A stretch of 64,000 nt of DNA from Candidatus Heimdallarchaeum aukensis (GTDB lineage: Archaea; Asgardarchaeota; Heimdallarchaeia; Heimdallarchaeales; Heimdallarchaeaceae), in contig CP084166.1 of the NCBI GenBank assembly GCA_021513695.1, forward strand, positions 2,784,001-2,848,000, in the 5' to 3' direction. The position numbers and the translations under genes are program-made. Shown one piece after another: positions 18,296 to 29,000 of this stretch (position 1 is the stretch's first letter; every line of letters begins with the position of its first letter). Under the pieces are notes generated by a model, which saw only the letters and a program-made list of their open reading frames with translations, made no database searches and was not told the origin of the DNA.

Positions 18296-18727
18296 ATGGT
18301 AAAAATCGAAACTGAAATAAAAAATATCAAAGCAGATATTGAGGAACTAAAACGAACTTTAAACCAAATGAACTTTAATTTGGTTAGAATAATGGGCACA
18401 ATAGAAAAAGGAATTGCCAGTGTTTCTACTACAGAAGATGGAGAAAAAGTGGTAACTTCTGGAGTTTCTGTTGATTTGGGACCAATTGAAGATAAAATAG
18501 AAAAACTGGAAAAAGAAATGGTTACCAAAAAAGAGCTGAGTAAGCTCGAAGCACGAGTCTCTGAAATAGTTTCTGAAAAAATTAAAAGAGCTGAAGAAAC
18601 ACAAGATAGAGCTCAAAATCTGCTTGAAAAAGGAATGGAATTGGTGGAATTACAGTCAACTCTGGCAGAAATAAAAACACTATTGGAAGAAAGAATTCTC
18701 GGAGATTTGGAAGAAGAAACAGAGTAA
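18296..18727 (+). CDS. coiled-coil protein (pilus-locus accessory)
   Basis: 143 aa, entirely heptad-like E/K/L-rich sequence. Confidence 0.45.
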   Translation: MVKIETEIKNIKADIEELKRTLNQMNFNLVRIMGTIEKGIASVSTTEDGEKVVTSGVSVDLGPIEDKIEKLEKEMVTKKELSKLEARVSEIVSEKIKRAEETQDRAQNLLEKGMELVELQSTLAEIKTLLEERILGDLEEETE

Positions 18728-18736
18728 ATCAAATAG

Positions 18737-19888
18737 GTGATTAATCCCGTGATTCTAAAAAAACTAAGAAGAATGAGAAAAGGACAAGTTAGGGGGATAG
18801 ATTTTGCTTTAGGCATGCTTATTTTTATTATTGCTTTTAGTCAAGTAATAATAGTTCTTACTCATCTTCTTGTACCTTCAATAATGCAAATGGAGAATTA
18901 TTCAGAATACCAAGAGTTGGATAAATTATATGGGTTAATATATTATTCAAAAGGAAATCCTTCTAATTGGGCAACAATAGGAACTTCTTCGTTAACAGAT
19001 TTTTCTTTAGGATTAAGTGGTGATGATGGACAATTATCTTTTTCTAAAATAAATAGGTTAACATCAGATATTGCTGATTATTGGAAAATTGATTATCAAT
19101 TTGTAAAAACATCTTATGGACTTTTGAAAGATTTCGCTATCTCTGTAGATTCAGTTATAAAGATCCAACTAGATAGTTTTTCTGCAGGTTTTGGCTCTCT
19201 CACTGTAAAAGGAAAAGTTTTGGAGGATACAGTATCGATTGAAAATGTTGCAATCACTACTTTTGCTTTGGATAAAGAAAATAACTTGTTTATTAATACT
19301 ACAACAACAAAGAAAAATACAAATGAAGCTACTTTTATCTCAACCCTTTCAGTATCTACTTCAAATTATTATACTATTGTAATTTTTGCTAATATTGATG
19401 AAATTTATGAAACATATTATGTGTTTAGAATCTACAAACCTAATGATAGTTTTGAATATGAGAAAGTAGATTTTAACTTTCGACCATTAGTTTTAGAGAA
19501 CAAAGAAAAACATTCATCAGCAATCGATGTTCGCTTTTCTAGTCCAGCTATAACAGAAGAAGCAGTAGCTACTGTTCTATTTTCAAAAAGAGATGTAGGA
19601 AAAAGTTTCTATAATCAGACCTTATCTCAAGAATCTTCTTTAGAAGAAGGAAATTTTTATTTAGGAACAAACATTCCTATCCCCACTCAAGGATTGGCAG
19701 TAGTTGTTGTACAAGAAAATGATGGGTTAAATTACAGAGCAGGGTACATGGGTATCCCCATGTTTTTGACAGAGACTGCTTCAAGCATTTTTGGAAATGA
19801 AGAAATTCTTTCAGGTGAATACATTTATTCATTTGATCTGCTTTATGTCAGAAACAGATTAGTTAAATGTCAAATTTGGGTGAATTAG
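18737..19888 (+). CDS. pilin-like protein with class III (type IV prepilin-like) signal peptide
   Basis: The N-terminus KKLRRMRKGQVRG-IDFALGMLIFIIAF consists of a basic region plus a hydrophobic helix. Confidence 0.5.
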   Translation: MINPVILKKLRRMRKGQVRGIDFALGMLIFIIAFSQVIIVLTHLLVPSIMQMENYSEYQELDKLYGLIYYSKGNPSNWATIGTSSLTDFSLGLSGDDGQLSFSKINRLTSDIADYWKIDYQFVKTSYGLLKDFAISVDSVIKIQLDSFSAGFGSLTVKGKVLEDTVSIENVAITTFALDKENNLFINTTTTKKNTNEATFISTLSVSTSNYYTIVIFANIDEIYETYYVFRIYKPNDSFEYEKVDFNFRPLVLENKEKHSSAIDVRFSSPAITEEAVATVLFSKRDVGKSFYNQTLSQESSLEEGNFYLGTNIPIPTQGLAVVVVQENDGLNYRAGYMGIPMFLTETASSIFGNEEILSGEYIYSFDLLYVRNRLVKCQIWVN

Positions 19889-20356
19889 ATGAGAAAATTG
19901 TTAAAATCAAAAAAAGCACAACTGTTTGTTATTGAAGCTTTCATTGCTGTTTCTGTAATGTTAATAATGGTCATCGCAATTTACGAGGTACAATTGGCTA
20001 CTGTCCCTCCAAAAGAGCAAGGATATACTGAACTAACCTATAACATACTAGAGTCTCTAGATCAGAGTGGAATACTTGAAGAGTATGTAATTGCTCTTAA
20101 GTCTGAAAATCCTGATACAATAGGAAATGTTCAAGAAAAAATAAGTTTGGCAGTTTACTCATCAATTCCCGAAAATGCTGATTTTTATTTCTACTGCAAG
20201 AATTTGACAACAAATGAAATAGTTACTTCGAGTATAATTAATATTCTAGATACCGATCAAGTAAATGTTTTCACTTCAGAATATTTAATTACAGAAGTTA
20301 ATGGAGAGTTTGATCCATATAGTTTCTATTTAGCTGTTTGGATAGTAGGTGTCTAA
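19889..20356 (+). CDS. pilin-like protein with class III signal peptide
   Basis: N-terminus RKLLKSKKAQ-LFVIEAFIAVSVMLIMVIAI. Confidence 0.5.
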   Translation: MRKLLKSKKAQLFVIEAFIAVSVMLIMVIAIYEVQLATVPPKEQGYTELTYNILESLDQSGILEEYVIALKSENPDTIGNVQEKISLAVYSSIPENADFYFYCKNLTTNEIVTSSIINILDTDQVNVFTSEYLITEVNGEFDPYSFYLAVWIVGV

Positions 20357-21038
20357 TATGAATAAAAGAAAATTCTTTCAAAATAAAAAAGGAGAAGTAT
20401 TTATTTTACTTGCTCTAGTTATTCTACTCTATCTAATGTTATTGTCTACAACAATTTATAATGTTACCCAGATTCCTTATGTGGATCCTGCTCCCGAACA
20501 AGACCAAACAAACAATTATATCGAAAATGCTATTTCTGCACTATATGATCTCGTAGATGTTGCTTTAAATGAATATTCACATGGAATTGAAGAAACAACT
20601 GTTCGAGCTAACTTTGTTGAAAATGTAAAAACAATCGAAAATTATCTCGATGAACACAATCTTTTATCTACTTTTACAGTGAATGAAACAAGTTTTAGTA
20701 TTACAAACTCTTCAAAGAGTGAGAATCCTGTTTACATATCGTTTGAATGTTCCATTTCTATCTCGATTATTTCTATTAACCAGAGATTTGAAGCAAATTT
20801 AGAAATTAAAGTGAGTTATTACTTGGAAATATCTGAAATATTAGGTACTGAAAACTACATTTATTGCTACTCAATAAAACAAGGAATAGAGTTTCCATTA
20901 AGTGATTGTCAGGTAACTATCTCTCCAACCACAACAGTAACAAATATCGGGGATGGTAGTTACATGGCTGATTTACAAACAGGACAGTTAATAAAAGTGG
21001 TCTTTAACAATAACATTCTTTTGTGGAAGGAGATTTAA
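20349..21038 (+). CDS. pilin-like protein with class III signal peptide
   Basis: N-terminus KRKFFQNKKGE-VFILLALVILLYLMLL. Confidence 0.45.
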   Translation: MSNMNKRKFFQNKKGEVFILLALVILLYLMLLSTTIYNVTQIPYVDPAPEQDQTNNYIENAISALYDLVDVALNEYSHGIEETTVRANFVENVKTIENYLDEHNLLSTFTVNETSFSITNSSKSENPVYISFECSISISIISINQRFEANLEIKVSYYLEISEILGTENYIYCYSIKQGIEFPLSDCQVTISPTTTVTNIGDGSYMADLQTGQLIKVVFNNNILLWKEI

Positions 21039-21077
21039 AAATAGAAAAATGATTAAAAAAGCTTCTATTTATTTTAA

Positions 21078-21707
21078 CTATTGAATGTCAATAGACACTC
21101 CTTCATCCTTTTCTTCTTCCTTACGTTGAATAACAACTTCTAATACACCATTGTTGTATTTTGCTTTAGCAGTCTCAATTTTTACTGGAACAGGTAATTC
21201 TATTTTCTTTTCGTATTTTCTATCTTTTGAATGTGCCTTTATACTTAACCTTGATTCAGAACCTGTGAGTTTTATGTCTCCTTTACTAATTCCTGGGACT
21301 TCAGCGATCACTCTAACTTTATCTTTCTCTTTAAAAATATCAATAAGTGGTTCTCTAACATCATATGTTTCTACATGCCCTGTTCCTCTAGGCTTTACAT
21401 TTCCAAATTGTCTAAAACTAGGTTTTCCATCAGGGTCAAAGCCAATCTGAAAACCATAAACAAATTGATTTCTTAACAAATCTTCTAAACTTGTATCAGC
21501 ATCTAGATTCTCTCTTAAGTTTTTCATTAACTCTTTGATCATATTATCTATCATTCTTCCAAAACTTGAACCCTTCATAAATGGCATAAACTGTTCCATA
21601 AACTCATCTATGTCAAATCCATCGAACGAAAAGTCATCAATTTTAAAAGGAAATGGAAAGTCATCATCATCTGGTTTTTTACCTTTTTTCTTTTTATCAT
21701 TTGGCAT
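21078..21707 (-). CDS. Hsp20/alpha-crystallin family small heat shock protein
   Basis: Alpha-crystallin domain (VREPLIDIFKEKDKVRVIAEVPGISKGDIKL...ELPVPV...AKYNNGVLEVVI) with an acidic, F-rich N-terminus. Confidence 0.8.
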   Translation of the reverse strand: MPNDKKKKGKKPDDDDFPFPFKIDDFSFDGFDIDEFMEQFMPFMKGSSFGRMIDNMIKELMKNLRENLDADTSLEDLLRNQFVYGFQIGFDPDGKPSFRQFGNVKPRGTGHVETYDVREPLIDIFKEKDKVRVIAEVPGISKGDIKLTGSESRLSIKAHSKDRKYEKKIELPVPVKIETAKAKYNNGVLEVVIQRKEEEKDEGVSIDIQ

Positions 21708-21796
21708 TCTATCACCAATCAGACTTATATTTATTCACAAATATAAACTTAACAATATAAACAAAATAAGAGAAAGGAAAATGGAGAATTAATTTA

Positions 21797-23326
21797 TCAT
21801 CTCAAAGCCTTCTTCGCTTTTTCCAATGTTCTATCAGGGTCAGAATTATACTCTTGAATAATAGAAGCAACATCTTCAAAGTAACGGATTCTCTTTTTTA
21901 CCATCCAGCGTAGAACTGTTTTTCTCCTTTCAAGTTCATCATGGATATCTTGCTCTGTTATTCCAGTATTTTCCATTATTTTTTCTAAGACATAACTTCT
22001 ACCAAAGTAAATAAATGAATCTTCTCTTGGATTCCACTGAAATACTTTGTTTGTGAGAATTTCTTCAGTAACTGGATCTAACCCTATTAATTCTGTAATA
22101 GTTAGTGTTCTTCTTGCAAATTTTCCTTGATGGCGTACTTTTCTAACTACATGGATAATATCTAAACTCTTCATCATGCTTCTTGGAATATTCATTGGTT
22201 TACTCTCAAGCCTGTGGATAACACCTTCAACTGAGTCACCATGAATGGTACCTAGCCCTCTATGCCCAGTACTCATAGCTTGGAACATTGCATAAGCTTC
22301 CTCACCTCTAATTTCTCCTACAATAATATAGTCTGGTCTTTGTCTCATAGCTGCTCGAAGTAACTCGTACATAGAAATTTGTCCTCGTCTATATCCTGTT
22401 TCTGTTGCTTCTCCAAAACCAGAGCGAACAACGCTTGGAATCCAGTTCTCATGTGCTAAATTTAGTTCTGCTGTATCTTCAATTGTAACGATTTTCATAT
22501 CGGGTTTAATCATCATACTTAGGGTATTAAGTAAAGTAGTCTTTCCTGCAGCCGTACCTCCTGCCACGAGAATAGATACATTGTGCTCCATTATGAACCA
22601 ATAATAAGCTGCAATCTCGATGTCAATAGTATTATAAAGAATTAAATCTGTAATTGTGAAGGGATCAGCCTTAAATTTACGAATAGTAAAGGTTGAACCT
22701 CTTTGAGTTACTTCTCTTCCATAAGTTAGTTGCACTCTGCTACCATCTTCTAAACTTGCATCCAATAAAGGATTAGCAATACTTACATGTCTTCCTGCTC
22801 TCTGAGCTAATTTAATAATAAAGCTGTTCAATTCGTCCTCTGTATCAAAAGATACATTAGTTGCAATAGATTCATATTTTCTGTGCCAAACATAAATAGG
22901 AATACCTACACCATCACATGATATATCTTCAATATTAGGGTCAAGCATAAGTGGTTGTATCTTCCCAAAGCCAATGAGATCTCTTGTCAAATAATACATT
23001 ATTTTCTCGAACTGATTTTCATTAAGTTTTATACGATATCGTTTAATGACATCAACTATTTTCTTTTTTAGATATTCTTCTGCTTTAGTAAAATCTTTGA
23101 GAACACTAAAATCAACATCTAATTCTTCAATGAGAATCTCTAAAATCTTGTTGTAAATAGCTTTTTCCTTGCTGTCTAGTGGGATTTCCACAACCATATA
23201 TTGGGTTCTTTGTGTAACAGGATTCGTTTGAATTAATACATAACTAAAGGGAGGACTAACAGGATAGGTTTCTTCTAAAAGAGGAACTGAACTGTCCATT
23301 GACATTGTACCGAAATTTTCATCCAT
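21797..23326 (-). CDS. type IV pilus/archaellum assembly ATPase (FlaI/ArlI/TadA-like secretion NTPase)
   Basis: Walker A VAGGTAAGKTTLLNTL and Walker B/His box (IIVGEIRGEEA). Its 509 aa carry an N-terminal domain as in FlaI. Confidence 0.8.
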   Translation of the reverse strand: MDENFGTMSMDSSVPLLEETYPVSPPFSYVLIQTNPVTQRTQYMVVEIPLDSKEKAIYNKILEILIEELDVDFSVLKDFTKAEEYLKKKIVDVIKRYRIKLNENQFEKIMYYLTRDLIGFGKIQPLMLDPNIEDISCDGVGIPIYVWHRKYESIATNVSFDTEDELNSFIIKLAQRAGRHVSIANPLLDASLEDGSRVQLTYGREVTQRGSTFTIRKFKADPFTITDLILYNTIDIEIAAYYWFIMEHNVSILVAGGTAAGKTTLLNTLSMMIKPDMKIVTIEDTAELNLAHENWIPSVVRSGFGEATETGYRRGQISMYELLRAAMRQRPDYIIVGEIRGEEAYAMFQAMSTGHRGLGTIHGDSVEGVIHRLESKPMNIPRSMMKSLDIIHVVRKVRHQGKFARRTLTITELIGLDPVTEEILTNKVFQWNPREDSFIYFGRSYVLEKIMENTGITEQDIHDELERRKTVLRWMVKKRIRYFEDVASIIQEYNSDPDRTLEKAKKALR

Positions 23327-23585
23327 TTTATCTCTATATCGTTAAAGCATTCATTACTTATAATTTTTTTGAATTTATCTAAAGAAAAAGGCAAAACGTG
23401 AAAAAAGCTTGTAAAAGAATTTACAAAGACTAATGACAATTTGACGAGAATAAAAAGTGAAAAACAGAAATTTATTTGATTTGCAAAACTTTTTCATGTT
23501 AAAAAGATAAAAAGAATTAAAGTTAATTGGTAATTGTTAGTTAATTTATAGTAACTGTTAATCTGTTAATTGCTATGATTCTTTA

Positions 23586-24182
23586 TTAGATGTATCTAGG
23601 AGATAACATTCCTATAATAATAAGGAACATTTTCTTGAAAAAGTTTAGAGGTTTAATAGAATCAAATATCTCTTTCAATGATCTTGATGTATCTCCAGTA
23701 AAAACTCTAAAAGCACATGCTTTATCATATTTACAATTCACACAATTTTTCCTGAACTTTTCTCCTTCTTCTAAAAGCCCATTTTCAGCAATTATGTTTT
23801 GAAATTCATTAAATGCCGATATGTCTCCATTGAATAAATCTATTTTTTCTCCGAAATTGTCATCAAAGAGTTCAGCCATCAATCTTAATCTGTTAGTATA
23901 TTCGTCGACATTAACTGGGGGTTTCAAAGCAAATATTGCATTGATTCTTTCAGTTTGATAGCTGAGAACTATTGATTTTTCCATTTCGAATAAATGAAAT
24001 TCATAGGATTGAGCTCCATCATAAATAATTTTTGCACTAAATAAAGCAGATTTTAATAAGGATTCATCGTCTATAGTCGCTTCTTTAGATAAATCAACAC
24101 AATGAACACCTATATGACACATTAAAGATCTTGCAAAGAGTGGTATTCCTGCTTGATTTGAAATAATTAAATTTTGTATCAT
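23586..24182 (-). CDS. hypothetical protein, possibly Roadblock/LC7-like N-domain plus a Cys cluster
   Basis: LIISNQAGIPLFARS resembles a roadblock core. A C-terminal CVNCKYDKAC cluster is present. The call is weak. Confidence 0.3.
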   Translation of the reverse strand: MIQNLIISNQAGIPLFARSLMCHIGVHCVDLSKEATIDDESLLKSALFSAKIIYDGAQSYEFHLFEMEKSIVLSYQTERINAIFALKPPVNVDEYTNRLRLMAELFDDNFGEKIDLFNGDISAFNEFQNIIAENGLLEEGEKFRKNCVNCKYDKACAFRVFTGDTSRSLKEIFDSIKPLNFFKKMFLIIIGMLSPRYI

Positions 24183-24296
24183 TGTTAATTATAATAAAAA
24201 ATGAACATTTAAATACTTTTCATAGAACTAATTTTGTCTTTTTGTATTCCTAAACGATGAAAAATGTAAGAATTGAATAATCAAATTTATGAAAAA

Positions 24297-24773
24297 TCAA
24301 ACTCCACTTGAAAAAGTAATTCTTTTGTTTGTTCCATCATAAAGATAAGCTATAATCGGATTCTTTTGAGAGCTCACTATTTCTCCAGAAAATGTTACTT
24401 CAGATTTTTCAAGATATAGTGTTACCGTTGCTGAAACATCCTCATTTTCTACTAAATATGCGTACATGAGGTACTCTGTTGCACTATCTGGTAGTAAATA
24501 AGTTATTACATACTCTTCTTCTTGAATTTTATCAGGTAAAGATAATGATAGTTGTATTGTAAAATCTGTTGCTCCTTGTTGAATTTTTTTGTCTCCAAAC
24601 TGTTTCAAGTCTAGAATTGAGTTAGCGACTTTTTGCAGTATTTGTTCTAAACTTGATTCTATTGCTCTATTTTCCAAAGAATTGTTTAAGCTGACCATAG
24701 TTGCTGATATTCCTGCAATAGCTAATGAACCAATCATAATAATGGATAAATACATAACATACTCGCTTGGCAA
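24297..24773 (-). CDS. N-terminally anchored pilus/archaellum accessory protein (FlaF/FlaG-like architecture)
   Basis: Single N-terminal TM segment (YLSIIMIGSLAIAGISATM) followed by a ~130-aa soluble domain. The call rests on position within the pilus locus. Confidence 0.35.
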   Translation of the reverse strand: MPSEYVMYLSIIMIGSLAIAGISATMVSLNNSLENRAIESSLEQILQKVANSILDLKQFGDKKIQQGATDFTIQLSLSLPDKIQEEEYVITYLLPDSATEYLMYAYLVENEDVSATVTLYLEKSEVTFSGEIVSSQKNPIIAYLYDGTNKRITFSSGV

Positions 24774-24782
24774 ACCTTTTTC

Positions 24783-25640
24783 TCACCCTATAATATTTAT
24801 ATTGATGTTTATCTTAATAATGTTAACGTAAAGATAATGAAAACTGTAATTTTCATTTACTGGAACATATACAGGCTGTTCTTCTTCCAAGGTATGGTGT
24901 TCTCCATAAACATTAGCTTTTCCTATTAAATCCGAATTAAAAGCAATTGGTTCCAGAGATGTTTTCTCTGTTCCACTAAATTCAATTTCTAAGGATATAG
25001 ATTTTGTTGTATTTTCGACTCCAAACTCGCTGTTAGTGCTAATTGAGACATGAATAATATCAATAGTAAAAATTTCTGTTGTCCCTTCTGTCTTATAATC
25101 AATATCGATGCTGTATCTATAGTATAAAGACATATACAAATAAGCAGGATCAAATATTGTTCTGGTCTCATTTATCACTGTAATGTCATTATATAATTTG
25201 GTACTACCATTAATAAATAAATAATCTTGGTCTTCAGGGCCTTTAAGATATCTGTGTTCTCCTTCTTCGAAATCTTCAACATTTGTACTTTTATGTACTA
25301 ATCTAGTCAAGTTTTCTGCTAGAATTGATTTGCTAAAAGAACTTGCTGTATCATATAAGGTGAAATAAACTACTTTACTATTATCGAAGTATAAAGAACC
25401 ATCTTCTTGGTAATAATCAAAAGAAATAGCCTGAGGTGGAGGATTTACAAGTAAGTTCTGAATGTTTGAGTCTAGTGCACTAAAATATAAACGAACAGAA
25501 TTATTGTAACTATTATCTTTAAACTGTATAATGCTAGGAAACATATAAACTAAAGATATGCCTATAGCTGCTAATATAAGCGTAAACATAAGTATTGTTG
25601 CTACTATTGGAGATACTCCCTTCTTTCTATTCAGTTTCAT
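24783..25640 (-). CDS. pilin/archaellin-like protein with class III signal peptide
   Basis: N-terminus KLNRKKG-VSPIVATILMFTLILAAIGISL, a typical archaeal prepilin signal. Confidence 0.55.
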   Translation of the reverse strand: MKLNRKKGVSPIVATILMFTLILAAIGISLVYMFPSIIQFKDNSYNNSVRLYFSALDSNIQNLLVNPPPQAISFDYYQEDGSLYFDNSKVVYFTLYDTASSFSKSILAENLTRLVHKSTNVEDFEEGEHRYLKGPEDQDYLFINGSTKLYNDITVINETRTIFDPAYLYMSLYYRYSIDIDYKTEGTTEIFTIDIIHVSISTNSEFGVENTTKSISLEIEFSGTEKTSLEPIAFNSDLIGKANVYGEHHTLEEEQPVYVPVNENYSFHYLYVNIIKINININIIG

Positions 25641-26097
25641 TCTCTTGTTTTAATTTGACTATAACAAATATAACCTTATTGGTTTTTCTTTGCTCTATGA
25701 AATAAGCTAATAATAATTTACATACTTAGACTTAATGATAACTTATTATTTGTTAATAGTTATCAAATTTTTTTCAACTCTCTTTTTCTTTTATCATTTT
25801 ACTCACTTTTCATTGCATTACTTTTTAAAACAATTTTACTTTTTAGTTTCTCTTTATTTTATCTAGTAAGTCGTATATAGTTTATGTAATGGCATTTTGT
25901 CGGAAGTACTGGGGCTTGAAATTACTGTTTGCAAAATAAGTTTTTTACACTATGATGTAAAAAAAAATTAAGTGAAAAAAAGTTAGGTGCTTATAAAAGG
26001 TAAAAGAGTTTTAAATGGAAAGAGAATCTTTAAGAAAAATTTTCTTGTTTAAGTACTAAAGTCTCTAAAAGTTATTAGAAGAAAATAGGGGATAATA

Positions 26098-29000
26098 TTG
26101 GCAGATCTAAAACTATCAGAAAATGCATTAACAGTACTACAAAAAAGGTACTTACTAAAAAATGAGAAAAACGAAGCAATTGAAACTCCAGAACAGATGT
26201 TTGAAAGAGTGGCAAAAAGTATAGCTTCAAGTGAAGAAGAAAAAAAAGAATTTTATGAATTGATGACTTCTTTAAGATTTCTACCTAACAGCCCTACTCT
26301 TATGAACGCAGGAACGAAGCTAGGTCAACTATCAGCTTGTTTCACTGGAGAGCAAGTAATAATCACAGCTGAAGGAAATAAGCAAATAAAAGATATTCAA
26401 ATTGGAGATTTAGTCCTGACAGCTTCAGGTAATTTTAGAAAGGTTACCCAAACTATGCAAAGAAAAGTTGACAAAAGATACATTATTGATGTTTTGAAAC
26501 TACCTAACTCTACTCTTTCTGTAACAGAAGATCACCCTATTCTTACCTACAAAAATGGAAAAATTAAATGGAGTTTAGTAAAAGAATTAAGTAAAAACGA
26601 TTTTGTAGCTTTATCATACCCAAAGGAAATTGAAGATATTTCTTCAATTAATGTTATAGATTACTTATCTGATAGAGATTATAAAGTAAAGGATGGTATG
26701 ATATTAAATAAAAATACAAAAGTTGGAATAGAATCAGATGAAATAAGTGATCAAGAAATTCCAATAAGAAATAAAATAGAAGTAGATGGAGAGTTTCTTA
26801 GATTTTTAGGTTATTATGCTAGTGTGGGAGAACTAGATAAAAAAATAGTAAGATTTGCTTTTTCAGATAAAGAGATGGATTATGTTGAAGAAGTAATATC
26901 AATTGCAAAAAGTAAATTTGAATTAGATGCAAGAATAGAAAACTCTGATGGAAATATAGTGATTGTGCAATTTTATTCATCCATACTATCTGAATTCGTT
27001 AAGAAAGTCATAGGAGAAGGAAACAACAAAAGAGTTCCCATATGGATATTGAAATTACCTCCAGAAAAACAAGAAAACTTTGTTTTAGGGTGTTTTAGAG
27101 GAGATAACTCTTTATTTTCTAGTAGTTATATGCTTGATGCTCGTTTATCTGCGTGTAATGATAATTTAGTATATTCAATATGGATCATGTTAATGAGAAT
27201 GGGGATAGTTCCCAATCTTGATAAATCCCCTATTCCAAAAGGTGAAACCACCTATTCTTATTCTTGTTATATTGGAGAAACAGAAAAGAGCGATTCCTTT
27301 GTAGAGATTCATGGAAAAGACGGTAAAGGAATTTCTCAATTATCTTTACAAAAATTAAATCATATAATTGTCAATGATACTGTTTTTCTCCCTATACGAA
27401 GTATCGAATGTATCGAAGAACCTGTGACTGTTTATAATCTAGAAGTAGAGGAGGAACATACATATGTTGCAAATTTTGTTTCAGTTCACAATTGTTTTGT
27501 ACTTCCAATAGATGATTCTCTTCCCTCCATTTTTGATGCAGTGAAAAAAGCGGCATTAATACACCAAAGTGGAGGAGGATGCGTTGCTGAAGGAACAGTA
27601 ATACCTACAGAAGAATTCGGTTTTATACCCATTGAAAAGATACCTGGATTTGAAAACATTCCTTCTGACGAACAAGGACATGATTGTGAACCTTTCACTG
27701 TTTATTCATTTGATGAGGACAAAGAATCTTTCACAAAAGGAACAGTAACAAAACTTTGGAAATTCAAGAAAAATAAATATTTGAGCATTAAATTCGGAAC
27801 AGAAGGAGTAATAGAAGTCACACACTGGCATCCTTTCATAGTTTATGTCCCTTCTGAAGAGAAAAAGAAAGGAGGATATTATACAGAAAAAAGAGCAGAT
27901 GAATTGAAAGTTGGAGATCTGTTGGTTAGTCCCTCTACCCATAAGATAACTGAAACTTCTAGTATTTCCGATGTACACAAGGTTAAAGTAGAAGAAATAA
28001 AAGAAATAGAAGAAGAAAAAGTATTTTATGACTTTACAGTACTTAAATATAATAACTATCTAGCAGGTTCTAAACAATTTACAGTTATCCATAATACAGG
28101 TTTTAGCTTTAGTAATATTAGACCAAAAAATGATGTAGTCAAAACTACTGGGGGGGTAGCTTGTTTTCCTGAAGATGTAAGGATTTATACTAACAAGGGA
28201 TTATTAACAATCAAAGATATAATCCAATCTGATCAACCAATTAAAGCTTTGACTCATGATGGATTCCACGAAATAATAAATAAATACGATAACGGAGATG
28301 CTGAAGTTTACAGACTTATTACATCTAATGGATATTCAGTTAAGGCAACCTCTACTCATAAATTTTTAACAATAGAAAATAATGAGTTGGTACTAAAGCC
28401 TCTTAATAAACTTCAAGAAGGAGATTATGTTCTTCTTTTTTCTACTTTTGAATCTGTTGATGAAAAAGAACCATTTAAGCTATCTCCTATTACTGACGAT
28501 GGTCAAACTTTTGATGAAATTTATCTTGATGAAGATCTTGCCTATTTCATAGGATTAACTTATGCAGATGGACATATTATTGATGATGGAAGACATTATA
28601 GCGTAAGAATCACTTTAAACAAGAACCAAATACGTATAATCGAAAAAATAAAGAAAATAGTTCAAACTAAGTTTGACTATGATTTGAAAGTCTATGAGCG
28701 TAAAAATGTAAATAAAGTTGAACTTGTTCTACACGGAAAAAGATTTGTAAAATTGTTAAAAGAAAATAATTTACTTAAAGAAAAATGTGAAAATATTCGT
28801 ATTCCAGAATTATTATTTCAAAGCCCAAGAAATGTCCTAAGCTCATTTATTGCAGGATACTTCGATGGTGATGGTCATGTAAGTAAAAGCGGGCGAATTA
28901 GCATTAAAACAATATCCAAACAAATGAGTGAAGATTTTTCATTATTGATAACGCGGTTAGGTGTACTATCTACAACTCATATTAGTCCCCCTATTTATGG

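Noticed and set aside
25641-26097. Cobalamin riboswitch upstream of the B12-dependent RNR.
   Set aside because: The 457-bp leader is uniformly AT-rich and lacks GC-rich paired elements or a B12-box-like sequence. Riboswitches are also rare in archaea.
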